Below, one piece after another: positions 52,710 through 64,000 of a DNA stretch of 64,000 nucleotides. The stretch's first letter is position 1. Each line of letters begins with the position of its first letter. The notes beneath the pieces were generated by a model. It had not been told where the DNA came from and did not search any database. It saw only the letters and a list, made by a program, of their open reading frames with translations. A program made the translations under genes and the position numbers. Origin of the DNA: Octopus vulgaris (lineage: Eukaryota); the NCBI GenBank assembly GCA_951406725.2, contig OX597816.1, forward strand, positions 111,538,001 through 111,602,000. Direction: 5' to 3'.

Positions 52710-53085
52710 TATAAAATATTATTTGAGACAAAACCACTATTTTGCAAAACAAACAAGGAAAGACTTAATCAATACATAAAATTTTAATAAATAGTCAAAA
52801 AAACCGCCACTACAATCGTTTCTTGTCTTGATCGACAATCTTCAGGTGGACTTCCAATCTAAAAAATCAAAATTTTAAAATATAAAAATAATAATTTTAA
52901 ATAATTAAAGTATTTGACTATTTATTAAAATTTTATGTATTGATTAAGTCTTTCCTTGTTTGTTTTGCAAAATAGTGGTTTTGTCTCAAATAATATTTTA
53001 TAATATTTTACTATAAAATTGGATTTAATCCTAAATCTGATTTTTTTCCCTGTAAATTTGGATTTATTCCCTAATATTTATTATT
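52710..53085 (-). mobile_element. Penelope-like pLTR fold-back element with a hammerhead in the loop
   Basis: Perfect 90-bp inverted arms 52710-52799 and 52913-53002, a one-sided extension to about 53085 and (TA)n on both flanks. Confidence 0.8.
52807..52849 (-). ncRNA. Minimal type I hammerhead ribozyme with intact core
   Basis: Minus: ccac CUGAAGA uuguc gaucaa gacaa GAAA c gauu g UA gugg. Stems I, II and III all pair. Confidence 0.85.
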
Positions 53086-53270
<185 letters not shown>

Positions 53271-53597
53271 AGTTCCATAAAGCTGAAGTAGCTAATAGCA
53301 TGACACACTTATGATTACTAGATCATCAGTTGATTCCCAGACCAGGTGGTATATATATGTATGTATATATGAATGTATATATGTCATTGTATATATGCCA
53401 TTGTATCAGCCAGACTATTGAATGTTTTTATACATTGCTGGTCACAATGCCCTTCGTATTTTTCCATCCTGTTCAATGGATCTGGAACATTACACTTACA
53501 TAAGAAATCAATATTTCTGATAAGCTTTTTAATTGAACTCAGTTTGGTAACACATTTTTTAATGAAATGTGAGAAAGTTGTAGTGATTTCAAACATA

Positions 53598-53976
53598 TGA
53601 AATATTACTGTTTCTCAAACAACAGATTGAATGAAAGGATACTTTGAGATAGGGATTGAAAAACAGAGAGTGAGTGTGATGTAATTAGAAATAGAAAGTA
53701 AAAGAGAAAGAAAATCAAGATTTGGAATTATGTATGAAGATAAGAGGTAAATAGCTCTGCAAGGAAATTAACTTTATGCATAATTGAAAGTTAATGAAAC
53801 ATGAAGTAAAATAATAACAGCTACAAATAAGAAATGCTTTCTGTTCGAATAGAATTTTGGAAATGAGGCAGAATTTATTCTTCCATTGAAATATTACTGT
53901 TTCTCAAACAACAGATTGAATGAAAGGATACTTTGAGATAGGGATTGAAAAACAGAGAGTGAGTGTGATGTAATTA
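53598..53976. repeat. Exact 90-bp direct duplication (53598-53687 and 53887-53976)
   Basis: tgaaatattactgtttctc...gtgatgtaatta occurs twice with about 200 bp between. Confidence 0.9.
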
Positions 53977-54674
53977 AAATATTTACAAAACACTGCATGA
54001 AGTCAACCATATTGTTTAAAGGAAACAAAACTGAATTATTTAATTATATTTTTCAGAAAAATTAAATTCTATTCTTTTAATTAAATAGATTGTTCTGTTT
54101 TTATGACATTAATTTGGTGTCACTCATTATGTGTGTATCATTTAGAAAGCTTCTAAAAGAGTTATTTTAAACAGCCTTCAGTAAATTAAATTCATAATTT
54201 AAATTATAACAAATATAAATAAAAATAATTTCACACTATCTACTATCTATTAGGAAACCTTCCGCTTCTGAACATTCATTTTGAAACTCTTTTAAGCAGG
54301 CAGTAATAGACTGTGGCAATTTTTTAATGCATATTTTTAGAAAGTATCGCATGCATAACTTAATGGCTTTCTGTTCAAGGTTTGTCATTAATGTTGTTGC
54401 ATTTGTTTTGTTCTACTAGACATTTACTATAGTAAGATCCTCTTCCTTTATGAAATTTCATTTCTCCTTGTTTCATTCTATAAAAATGAAGAAGAAGGAA
54501 ATGATAATGAACGGATTTCAATAATATTATGTTATATGAAATGATTTAATTCTAATCATGACTCCAATAACATCTGTTAGGTAACAAATTCTTGAATAAT
54601 CCAGAAGTAGAAATCACTTTTAGAACTGTAAATCTATTCAGAATGAATATTTATTGTTGTAAGTAAAACCAAGT

Positions 54675-54868
54675 TGGTGAGCTACTAGAATAATTTGCAC
54701 ACCAGACAAAATGCTTAGTAGGATTTCATTTGTCTTTGCATGCTGAATTCAAATTCTGCCAGAGTTGACTTTCAGGGTTGATGAAATAAGTACCAATTAA
54801 GCACTGGTACTAGCTCCCTCCTCCCACAAAATTTCAAGCCTTGTGTTTATAGTCAAAAGAATTATTAT
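54675..54868 (+). mobile_element. SINE family B
   Basis: Homology to 614-828. Confidence 0.7.
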
Positions 54869-56519
54869 AGGTAAAACCTGAAAAGTAAAAACATGAATGT
54901 GAAAATTGTTTTCAAGTTATTGCATAGCTCTTTTAGCAGCATTATTATTAACAAAACCAATACAATTGTCATTCTCTTTGCTTCCAACTCCTTTCTTAAG
55001 ACAAATTAGATAAGGCCTATATTTATTTGGCAACCCTTTTCTCTTTTATTATTTTCTCAGATGCTAAATTCCCCAATCTTTTCTTCAATGGCATCATAAA
55101 ATTTCCATTTCCAATTGGAAGCTATTTATTATACTCCAATAAGGATTCCTTGAATTACCCAAACCAAGTTTATCAAGTTTTCTCAATCAAAGTGATAACT
55201 CACAAGAATTATCAAAGAATATTGCATTGTACACAATCTTCAAGGAAGGAAACACTCTTCTGACCTCACCAAGTATTGCCATTTCACTTTCATCCTCAAC
55301 ATTTCACTAGCAATAAGAATAAACATCAATGATTATACACAACATCAAATTGCTCTTTCTATCTCCTTATCAGCCATAAATATGGAATTAGAAAAGTGAC
55401 ATCAACTAGTAGGATTATAAACAGCCTCTCATGAGCCAATAACAGCATGTTCACATGGCCACTCAGTCAGCTGAAAATAGCAGGCAAATCTTATTTAATC
55501 ACTCCTTACCTTCTTAAGAAATAAAGTAGTCACTTGTAACATTAAACAATGCAGTCCTAAACTGAAGAAAACAAAATGTCTGCAGGCACTGATTGAGAAG
55601 ATTGATTCACAACCATGCAGTTTTGGATTCAGCTCCATACTGCAAACATTTGGTTAATAGACTTCTTGCAGAACCTTGGGTTATCTAAAACCTTTTGAGT
55701 AAAATTTGGTACATAGAAATTGTGGAATCCCATCAAAGAAACTACTTCTACTCTGGTATTGTAGACTTAATCCAGTTTATTATCTAGTTCAAAACCACCA
55801 CCTAAATCCTTTCCTTTCACCAACCTTGGATGCCCTAAAAGGATCATGGATGTTGCTTTTCTCCTTTCACTAAAATAATAAGAAATTGTGGATATAGTAG
55901 TAACTGCCTTGGAATTAATTGGCAACAGCAAATGTAACTATAGTCTTTCATTTTAGAAAACTTTAGCGGAGTAAAATCTATACTGCTTGGTGTTATCTTC
56001 TTCCTTGAAACTTTATAACCTACAAACCTTCTAACTAAAACCTATCACTGTTGATGATACTTAATTAACTCACCACTTTTTTATCTGGATAGGGCTGGAA
56101 GAAGGAACTCTGCTGCTTTCACAAGCTCTCCAAGACCAAAGAGGCAGGGGCAGTAATTATTCCTAATAAACTGAGTTTACTCACTGAATGTTTTGTATAA
56201 GTTTATGTTAATGCTGTTATTTCAACTTCCCACACTAACAAACATTAATATCGTTTAAGAATCAATCAGCACCTGACACTCTTTCTTCCTTTCCCAATCA
56301 TCATCCATTCAATAGCAACTTTTAAAAGATAGAGGCCATTCAGGACTAATATGTTCATCAGAAGCTCTCATCAACCATTTACATCTTTTATCAAAGAAGA
56401 ACTTTACTACATCCTTCAATGAAATTTGACAAATTCATAATTCTTAGACTTAGCTGCTGGAGTGGCAGTGTGATAAGAGGTTTGCTTCCCTACCACGTGG
56501 TTTTGGGTTCTGTCTCACC

Positions 56520-57045
56520 CATTGGTCCACTGATAAACGATAACAGCATTCTCCAACATGATGCTAAAGAAATAGCAGAAATACATGCTGCAGAAACAAT
56601 ACTGCTCTGTCTTTAGTGATCCTGGAGATGTTGATGCAAGGGAGATAAATAAACTCAATACTCAACATATTATCTGGGACATAATTTTTACTGCTTCAGG
56701 CATCATAGCAGCAATAAATAAAATCAGGTACTATTCTGCATTCGGCCCAATAGATTCCTCACAAGTGTCATGAAGGGATGTAGACACCAATTTGTAATCC
56801 TTCTAACCAACCTCTGGAGAAATTCTTCAGACTCAGGTTATATACTGTCATCCAGGTGTTGAAAAAGGGAAACAGATTTCTCACAATTAACTATCACCCA
56901 ATCTCATTCAACTCTCATATCATCAAAGTGCTTGAAAGGGTAGTGAGACAAAGGGTAACTGGCTTCCTGAATAACTACAAACCTTATAAATTCTAACCAG
57001 CATAGCTTTCACTGTGGCAGGGTCAAGCTAACACAGCTCTTACAT
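56520..57045 (+). pseudogene. Decayed LINE (CR1/Jockey-group) RT N-terminal relic
   Basis: QKQYCSVFS, SAFGP, KKG..NYHPISFNSHIIKVLERVV and NQHSF..G...TQLL by hand translation. Confidence 0.7.
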
Positions 57046-57981
57046 CATATATATACTTTCCTAATCTGTTTCAGATGATCTTGCTCAGAGAACCAAGATT
57101 TATTAAACCTCCAGGATTAGTCCTCACCATTTGATACAGATCCTCTTCAAATGAGGTTTTTACTGCTCTATTATTGAGACCAGTCTTCCTGATTGATATC
57201 CATCCAAGAAAGGGTTGCATTGCTACCCTTACAAAATTCCTGAAGCATGCAATGCCAAATATGCAGCTCATTAAAGTCCATGTTATCAGTTGAAGCATAT
57301 ATACTCACACAACACATGTCCACATTAACTTTTGGTCATTGACTGTGATGATTGGTTGAGTGCAAGGATACCTTTTATTAGCTTGTAAACTCATTGTATT
57401 ATGATATCAGACTATTTGCTTGAAAATACGTTACATTCCAGTACTTCTAATAAGTATGTATGTAATGACATTAAACTGACAGTAACCTTAATATGTGGGT
57501 ATGTATGTAATGACATCTGGTAGTGAGGCTCCAGTTCTGATGTTGTGCAGAGCATAGAGTCACAGACCCATTCTAACCAGAAACAGTAGTACTTATAAGG
57601 GTTAAATAGATTTCCCAGGGGTAAAAAAGGGTACCATTATTTTTGGCCAAGTCTTGGGACAGGCAACTCCTCTAGAAGAAAGATACTCTGACATAAAACT
57701 TGCAGTCAAAACAGTACCAGACCTATTAAGACAACTGAGAATATAACAAAAGTGTTGTACAAGGTTTTGTCATTTAAATCCAGTAAAATACAGATATCTC
57801 ACTATCATTTCATTTCTTGATTTGCTTTGTATTTTATGAAGTCTTATCGTGATGGATGCATAGCATGAAAAGTTATATCTGTGCACATGCAAAGATGAAA
57901 GTAAATCAGAGCTATTAGGTTGAATTTGAGATAGCTATCATCTGACTAAATGAGGCAATCATCATATATATATATATATAT

Positions 57982-58224
57982 ATAATACAGGGTAAAATGA
58001 ATTAATCAATAAATAATTAATAATTTTACCAAGTAGTTCGGTATGTTAAAAGAACTATTATCAGTAAACTTATAGAAAAATTCTATAATTATGAGTATAT
58101 TTATAATTAGGATTCAGCAAAATTTGCTTCACCATATACTGAAATTTAGAAATATCAGCTAAAACCACTATTTCACTACCATAAGAAAATCTCCCAGACA
58201 GCAATACTCATACTTATAGAATTT
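57982..58224. mobile_element. Ribozyme-less relative of the 51414-51858 element, opposite orientation
   Basis: 57982-58075 resembles the reverse complement of 51766-51858, and ccatatactgaaatttagaaatatcagctaaaa resembles 51459-51493. Residual inverted arms lie at about 58079-58098 and 58204-58224, with (TA)n flanks. Confidence 0.6.
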
Positions 58225-58289
58225 ATATATATATACATATATATATGCCAAGTAAAATCACTGTCTCCCACACATACAAGATTGTCCTT

Positions 58290-58497
58290 TCAGGTGCTGG
58301 TTCCACTCAAAAAGCACCCGTGCCAGTGCTGCGTTATCACACCCAGCACATTCTGTTAAGCAGATGGCACTAGGAAGGGCATCCAGCCAGACAGCTAGAG
58401 TCTGGACAGCTCTCTGTTAGCCACCTCCATGCCAAACCATCCAACCCATGCCACCATGGAAAGCATACATTAAAAAATGATGATGATGATGATGATG
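58290..58497 (+). mobile_element. 5'-truncated RTE LINE 3' end
   Basis: ccatccaacccatgccaccatggaaagc...(gat)n. Confidence 0.7.
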
Positions 58498-59519
58498 GTG
58501 TGTGTGTGTGTTTGTACACACACTAAGAGTAAATTATCTCTTATCACTCATGTGCTCGGTACCATGACATAGCAACAAAGTTATTTGAGAAGAAACATTT
58601 CCATTCTACATTATATAAACTAAACTATAACTTTTCGAACTGTATTTTAATTTCACCATTACAGTCAAGCTAATCACTTTGTGCTTGTTTTGGGTAAAGC
58701 TATTACTCTCTGGACACTGTCATAAAGATCATATTATGTTTTAATATACTGTCACTTAAGATGATTTCACAGCACATTTTCCAGAGAGAAAAATAAAGGC
58801 AAATAGAATGTTATTTAGAAGAACAAACCTATTGTATTTTTACAGAAAGTGTATGAAAACATCATCATTATCATTATCATCATCATCATTATCATTAATA
58901 TCATCATCCTCATAATCATCACTATTATCATAACTGTTGCTGCTGCTGTAGTTGTTAATCACTTTTACATCTACTTTTTCCATGTTGGCATGGGTTAGAC
59001 CAGAATTCTAAGACAGTACAGTTAGGATTTACAGATGGATTTCTTAGGTTATACTGAAGTAGGTGAGGTGTATGAGAAATTGAGAGAGTGACAGACAATT
59101 CCTAATGCCAGACATTTACTTGTTTTCAAATAAGACACTTTATTCCATTGGGATAAACAAATGTCACTGCTACACATGTGATGTCAGTCTGAAGACTTGC
59201 AAAAATAAACATTCATATGTATATGTGTGTGTGTGTGTATATGTGTCTGTGAGTGTGTGTACACGCATGCATGTGCATGTGCTTGTCTTGAGAGAAGTGT
59301 ATGGGTTTCCAAATAGCACTTGTCATCTTAATTGCACACACATGGTATTGATCCAGCTGAGACTGTAGTAAAAGATGTTTGTGTTGGGAAGAAGAATTGT
59401 AAGAGTGGCTTGACAGGAATGTATTGCATGCAGGACATAAATAAAACAATATGCTTTTGGGACCTCAGTTTTGCACATTGTGTCTATATATGCATATATA
59501 TATATATATATGTATGTAT

Positions 59520-59577
<58 letters not shown>

Positions 59578-60604
59578 CGTCAGTGGATCATGTATCTGTA
59601 AAGGAAGCCATCATTGAGCTTGACAAGCCATCTATAAAGCCTAGTACTTTATGTATGCAAAACCATTGGTCAATCTATGACCGGACACATATATTTAACT
59701 ACTTGCAAATATGTGTGTGTGTATATATATATGTATGTATGTATGTGTGTGTGTGTGTGTATGTATGAGTGAGTAATAAAGAGGTGCAGGTGTCAATCCA
59801 TAATGGCTGTTTCCAACGACTCCTTTAATTGGTTAATGAGAACATTATATCATTGTAAAGAAACCATTTTCATAAAATAAATTCATGATCTTCAATCATA
59901 AACAACAGTCCGACTTATTCGACATAGTTAACAAAGTCACAGAGTAAAAATATTTTCATTGATACATGTATTTTTGTTTTTACTTATACTTTTATTTCTT
60001 CCTGGCATAAGCAAAACAAGAAGCCCAGCAGACGCACAATGTAGGAATACACCTTTGACGCAGGTCTGACGAAATAGCACTCTAATGTTTAAAACCGCAA
60101 ATATTAAGTAAATTTTCATTTGGAACAAGTGTGTGAACTGGTGTTGAAAGCACAGTTGGTACAGAAACAATTGTAACTGGTCATAAAAGATGTGGGAAAA
60201 TCTTTGTCCTCTTATTTTGATTGCATTTTACTCTCCCCAAACTGACACAAAGGTTCTACCGTTATGACACCTGAAGAATTTTGATATGATGCAAGACTAG
60301 AATCCGAAAGTGTAGACAGCCTAAATTTCGGATTGAATGCGGCACAGGAAATGCCCCATCTTGCTACCTTCTCATTCTACATTGTATATATGTATATAGA
60401 GAGTTAACAGGTGAAATCTAGAGATGCTCAATATTGAAAACACGTCGCGGTGATCCAATGATTTGAACTTACACGCCAAAGTCTTTATCGCAGACTAAGT
60501 CCGAGGGATAAGTGGCTATCCAGGTGAGCTGATATGAAGATAGTGATACAAATAAACACGCTTGGGACTGAAATGCAAAATATACATGCATATACACATG
60601 TATG

Positions 60605-60674
<70 letters not shown>

Positions 60675-60741
60675 GGGATATACATAGAGACAAACTAAAA
60701 CTGAAAATATTTCAACTGAAAAATATGCGTTCCGTTTGTAA

Positions 60742-60845
60742 AATCATCTGACGAGGTGCTTCTGCACCAAGGGACGCACCGCGATTGTACAGTATCTCAC
60801 CCGCCAGCGATCGATGCCGGAGGCGTCGAAACGATTGTTGTGATT
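60742..60845 (+). ncRNA. Type I hammerhead motif with a branched, extended stem II
   Basis: aaucau CUGACGA [ggugc uucu gcacc] aagg [gacgc...gcguc] GAAA c gauu g UU gugauu, followed immediately by AATAAA. Confidence 0.7.
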
Positions 60846-61062
60846 AATAAATTTTCTCGTATATTCCATTTTGCGTCTTTATCATTTGTTATATACTCAA
60901 TGAAATTTGAGGAATTCCTGAGGTAGATCCAACGACAATTGTGTATATACCGTAGGTGATGTTTGAGTTTTTGTTTTTAAAAAAGTGAATCTTATACTCT
61001 ATTGTCAGGATGAGTGAAAATGTGGAGCTGGTAAATGAAGATATATTTCGTTGGCTACGTGG

Positions 61063-62887
61063 AGAATAACTAAAGCAAACTCGAGAACATTTAACTGAAA
61101 TATTTATTGCCGGGCATAAATATATTTGGTGTTAGCTATTTACAGTGGACAACGTTAATAATTGCTGACTGGAAGAGAGATAAGCTGCCCTGAAATTATA
61201 GCAAGCTATCTGTGTGACAGCATACCGTCGGTCCAAACATATACGAAGTCAGTTGCGCAAATCTCCAAGTTGACAGAGGGCCCTTGGTCGTTTGTACTCC
61301 AAGCTCTGCGCCAAACGTTTTTATTGGGTACCCTAAGCCACATTTTAGAACGTTTGAGAAAACCATATCACATCACAGTCTCACCTCGACTGTCGATTAA
61401 TACAAATTAATGTATGCACTGAATACAGAATAAATGCTAAAAGAATGTCTATGTAAGGATAAGTTCGTAAAATATGCAAAGCTATTCAGTTCTTTTTTTG
61501 GCGGAAAGACAGTAAAAAAGGAAAATTTCTTGTATGTAGAAAAAATGGATCAGGGTGTTTCCAGAATGCGAAGCATTTATATGAAAATGGGAAAATGCTT
61601 CTGCTGTAGAAATGTCTAGCCCTCTTGATACAACATATCTACAGTAAACTGTGGAATATAATCAAGATGGCACTCATTTGCGTTGGATTATAATGCGTAG
61701 ATTATTGGTTGACGATCAACATATATGATGATGGTTCTTCTTTTCAAGAAACGACGTTATTGCGTTATTGACATGAGCTGCTGTTTACCCGAGTTTGAGC
61801 AGCTAACTTCAAAAGAAAATAGTTGAATGCAAGAAATTAACGATTTCTGAAGTCCTTGAGATACGAGAGCATCAGCGTGTAAAGTATCAAGTCATTGCCA
61901 TTGTGCAAGCTTGATTATCAGAGGCCGAAGTTTGTCTAAAGCTGTTTGACCAAAAATCGCCAGTTCAGAGGAAATGGAAGAGATGAAATTAGGAGGATAA
62001 GTATCCGCATTAGGAGCATCTGAAGAGGAGATGTTCATAAAACTGTGTAAAGCTGCCATTTTTAAAACACAAATTAGTTGGAATCACTTAAACGAAAGGA
62101 TATGAAATGATTAACTACTGATTGTTACAACAAAATCGGGAAGGTTCTGGAATAAATGCGCTCCGGAATCATTGACTCGAGAGATGAAATTTTCCTCGGT
62201 GTTGAAACTTGGTTTTGAATTATTTCAAGCAAATGAAAGATAGTCTAAGCGTTAGTAGTCACGCTGTCTTCAAACATCATGACTTTAACAGGTGGGGGTT
62301 GCAGTAGTAAAAGGTATGAGTAGCGGTGTCTGCTCCTACTTTGATCTTCACACTCTGTTATTGGTAGTAGTGACGAGTTGTTTTTCGTGAGATTTATGTG
62401 CCGGGTCTAGTTTTTGCAGCTTTTGCTGGCTTTTTCCTGAATTGAATATCAACAAATATTATTAGATCAAGAGAAACGTCTGGATCAACACTGTCGCTTC
62501 TTTTTGCTGTAGAGAATGTATCATTGCTGGACCTTTTTGTTGGAGGAAAGTTGCGTATAGAATAACTGAAACAAGCTCACAGCAATTTAACAGAAATATT
62601 TATCGCCGGACATAAAGACATCTAGCGTTGGCTGCATACAATGAACAGCATTAATAACTGCTGACTGAGATATAGATAGACTACTCTGAAATTATAGAAA
62701 GTTATCAGTATGACAACATGCAGTCGGCTCAAAAATTTACGAAGTCAACTGCGCAAATGTCCGTAATGGCACAAGACCCTCGACGGTTTGCGCGCCAAAC
62801 GGCTTTTATAAGGGACCAGAAGCCAATTTCTAGAACTCTTCAGAAAACCATTTCACACCACAGCCCCACGCTGATTAAACGATTAAT
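61063..62887. repeat. Diverged direct repeats of about 330 bp (61063-61401 and 62559-62887)
   Basis: Colinear blocks agaataact, gaaatatttat.gccgg.cataaa, ctgaaattatag, tacgaagtca..tgcgcaaat, gcgccaaacg and agaaaaccat.tcaca.cacag. Confidence 0.8.
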
Positions 62888-62981
62888 TGACCGATCGCGT
62901 GAAACTATGGTGGTTACTTCGTGGTGTCTGACCGATTATCTAGCGGTTAGATTCCGAATCACCACCACGCTATCAAATACA

Positions 62982-63020
<39 letters not shown>

Positions 63021-64000
63021 TGTGTGTATGAGTGTTCGTTTATATATAACTATAAATATATATAGTGTACATATAAAGAAATCTACAAATCAATAAGTGT
63101 AGTGTAGCTTGGTTCCATATGAGATTATCTTCTCTCAGAAATTTACTGGAAATAAATCCAAAACTTTTGTATATTTTCGTTCGATTTCTTTCTTTATTTT
63201 ATGACTACAAATAATATTTTAAATAAAAAAAAGCTATTGCTTTCGTTTGTGGCTTTGGTTAAATGGGTCTTGATATATTGGTATGATGTTAAGACTGCGT
63301 GCTGACCCATAATAAAGCCAACACCAACATTGTTTAAATAACATTTATTTTTACAGAAGTATATCGCAACATTTACATAATTACATACTGGCTTGCTAGT
63401 AGTGTATTGTGGTGTGCTAGAAGTAAATGTAGTTCATAGTTACATTAATAAAAAAAAATAATAAATGCTTCACATGAGTAGGAAAAATCTATTTTCTTCA
63501 TAGTTCATGATTCCTTTAACCAATTATCAAGCAGCAACCAAGTAATTTTGTCTTCTCAGGGACCTATTGTCTATGTCCGCATACAATTGTGGCCTGTGCA
63601 CATGGCGTCCTCAGCCTCATATCTATCACTTCTGGTTTGCTTTTGACTAAGCAGTAGCTCGTTACATATTTGCGTGGCGACAGTTGAGGATATTATATTC
63701 ATTATAAATATTTGAAGAAGAGTATTGTAAACAAAGTGATTCTTTTTAACACCGGTCGAGCAGACAGAGAATCATGTATTTGTCTATCTTCCTTGGAACC
63801 TTCTCAAATCTCTGGTCCGATTCTGGCACTTTCGCTTTTATAAACCCCAATTACACAGGAACATTCTATGATATGGGGCAATATTTCACCGGTTATCAGG
63901 GCACGTTGCCTGATCTACGTGTAGTCTACTCTTGTAAGGTTTCGATTCCATTCTAGGCCTCACTACACATTCAAATATTTCTTGAAGTTTACAAAGTTCT

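Noticed and set aside
60266-60314. gacac CTGAAGA ... ccGAAA gtgt hammerhead-like motif
   Set aside because: Stem II is weak and there is no helix III or UH site between GAAA and the stem I partner.

Overview
AT-rich, microsatellite-dense animal DNA, most likely octopus/coleoid cephalopod judging from recalled SINE/LINE families (inference). It is mostly non-coding and transposon-derived: tRNA-derived SINEs, RTE, CR1-like, Tx1-like and R4/Dong-like LINE relics, mariner/Tc1 relics and MITEs. No complete host gene is visible, only three speculative in-frame micro-exons. The main signal is a set of short non-coding elements carrying minimal type I hammerhead ribozyme (HHR) motifs. These are two pLTR-like fold-backs at (TA)n tracts (one with a canonical core, one with a compensatory U3:A8 core), a decayed HHR between them, a tRNA-promoter plus HHR composite in head-to-head arrangement nested inside a SINE, and an HHR with a branched stem II. 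Two ribozyme-less collapsed relatives are also present. Together they look like several non-autonomous Penelope-like or retrozyme-like families. CpG content rises sharply by eye near 59.8 kb. All folds and alignments were done by eye, and boundaries of decayed elements are approximate.
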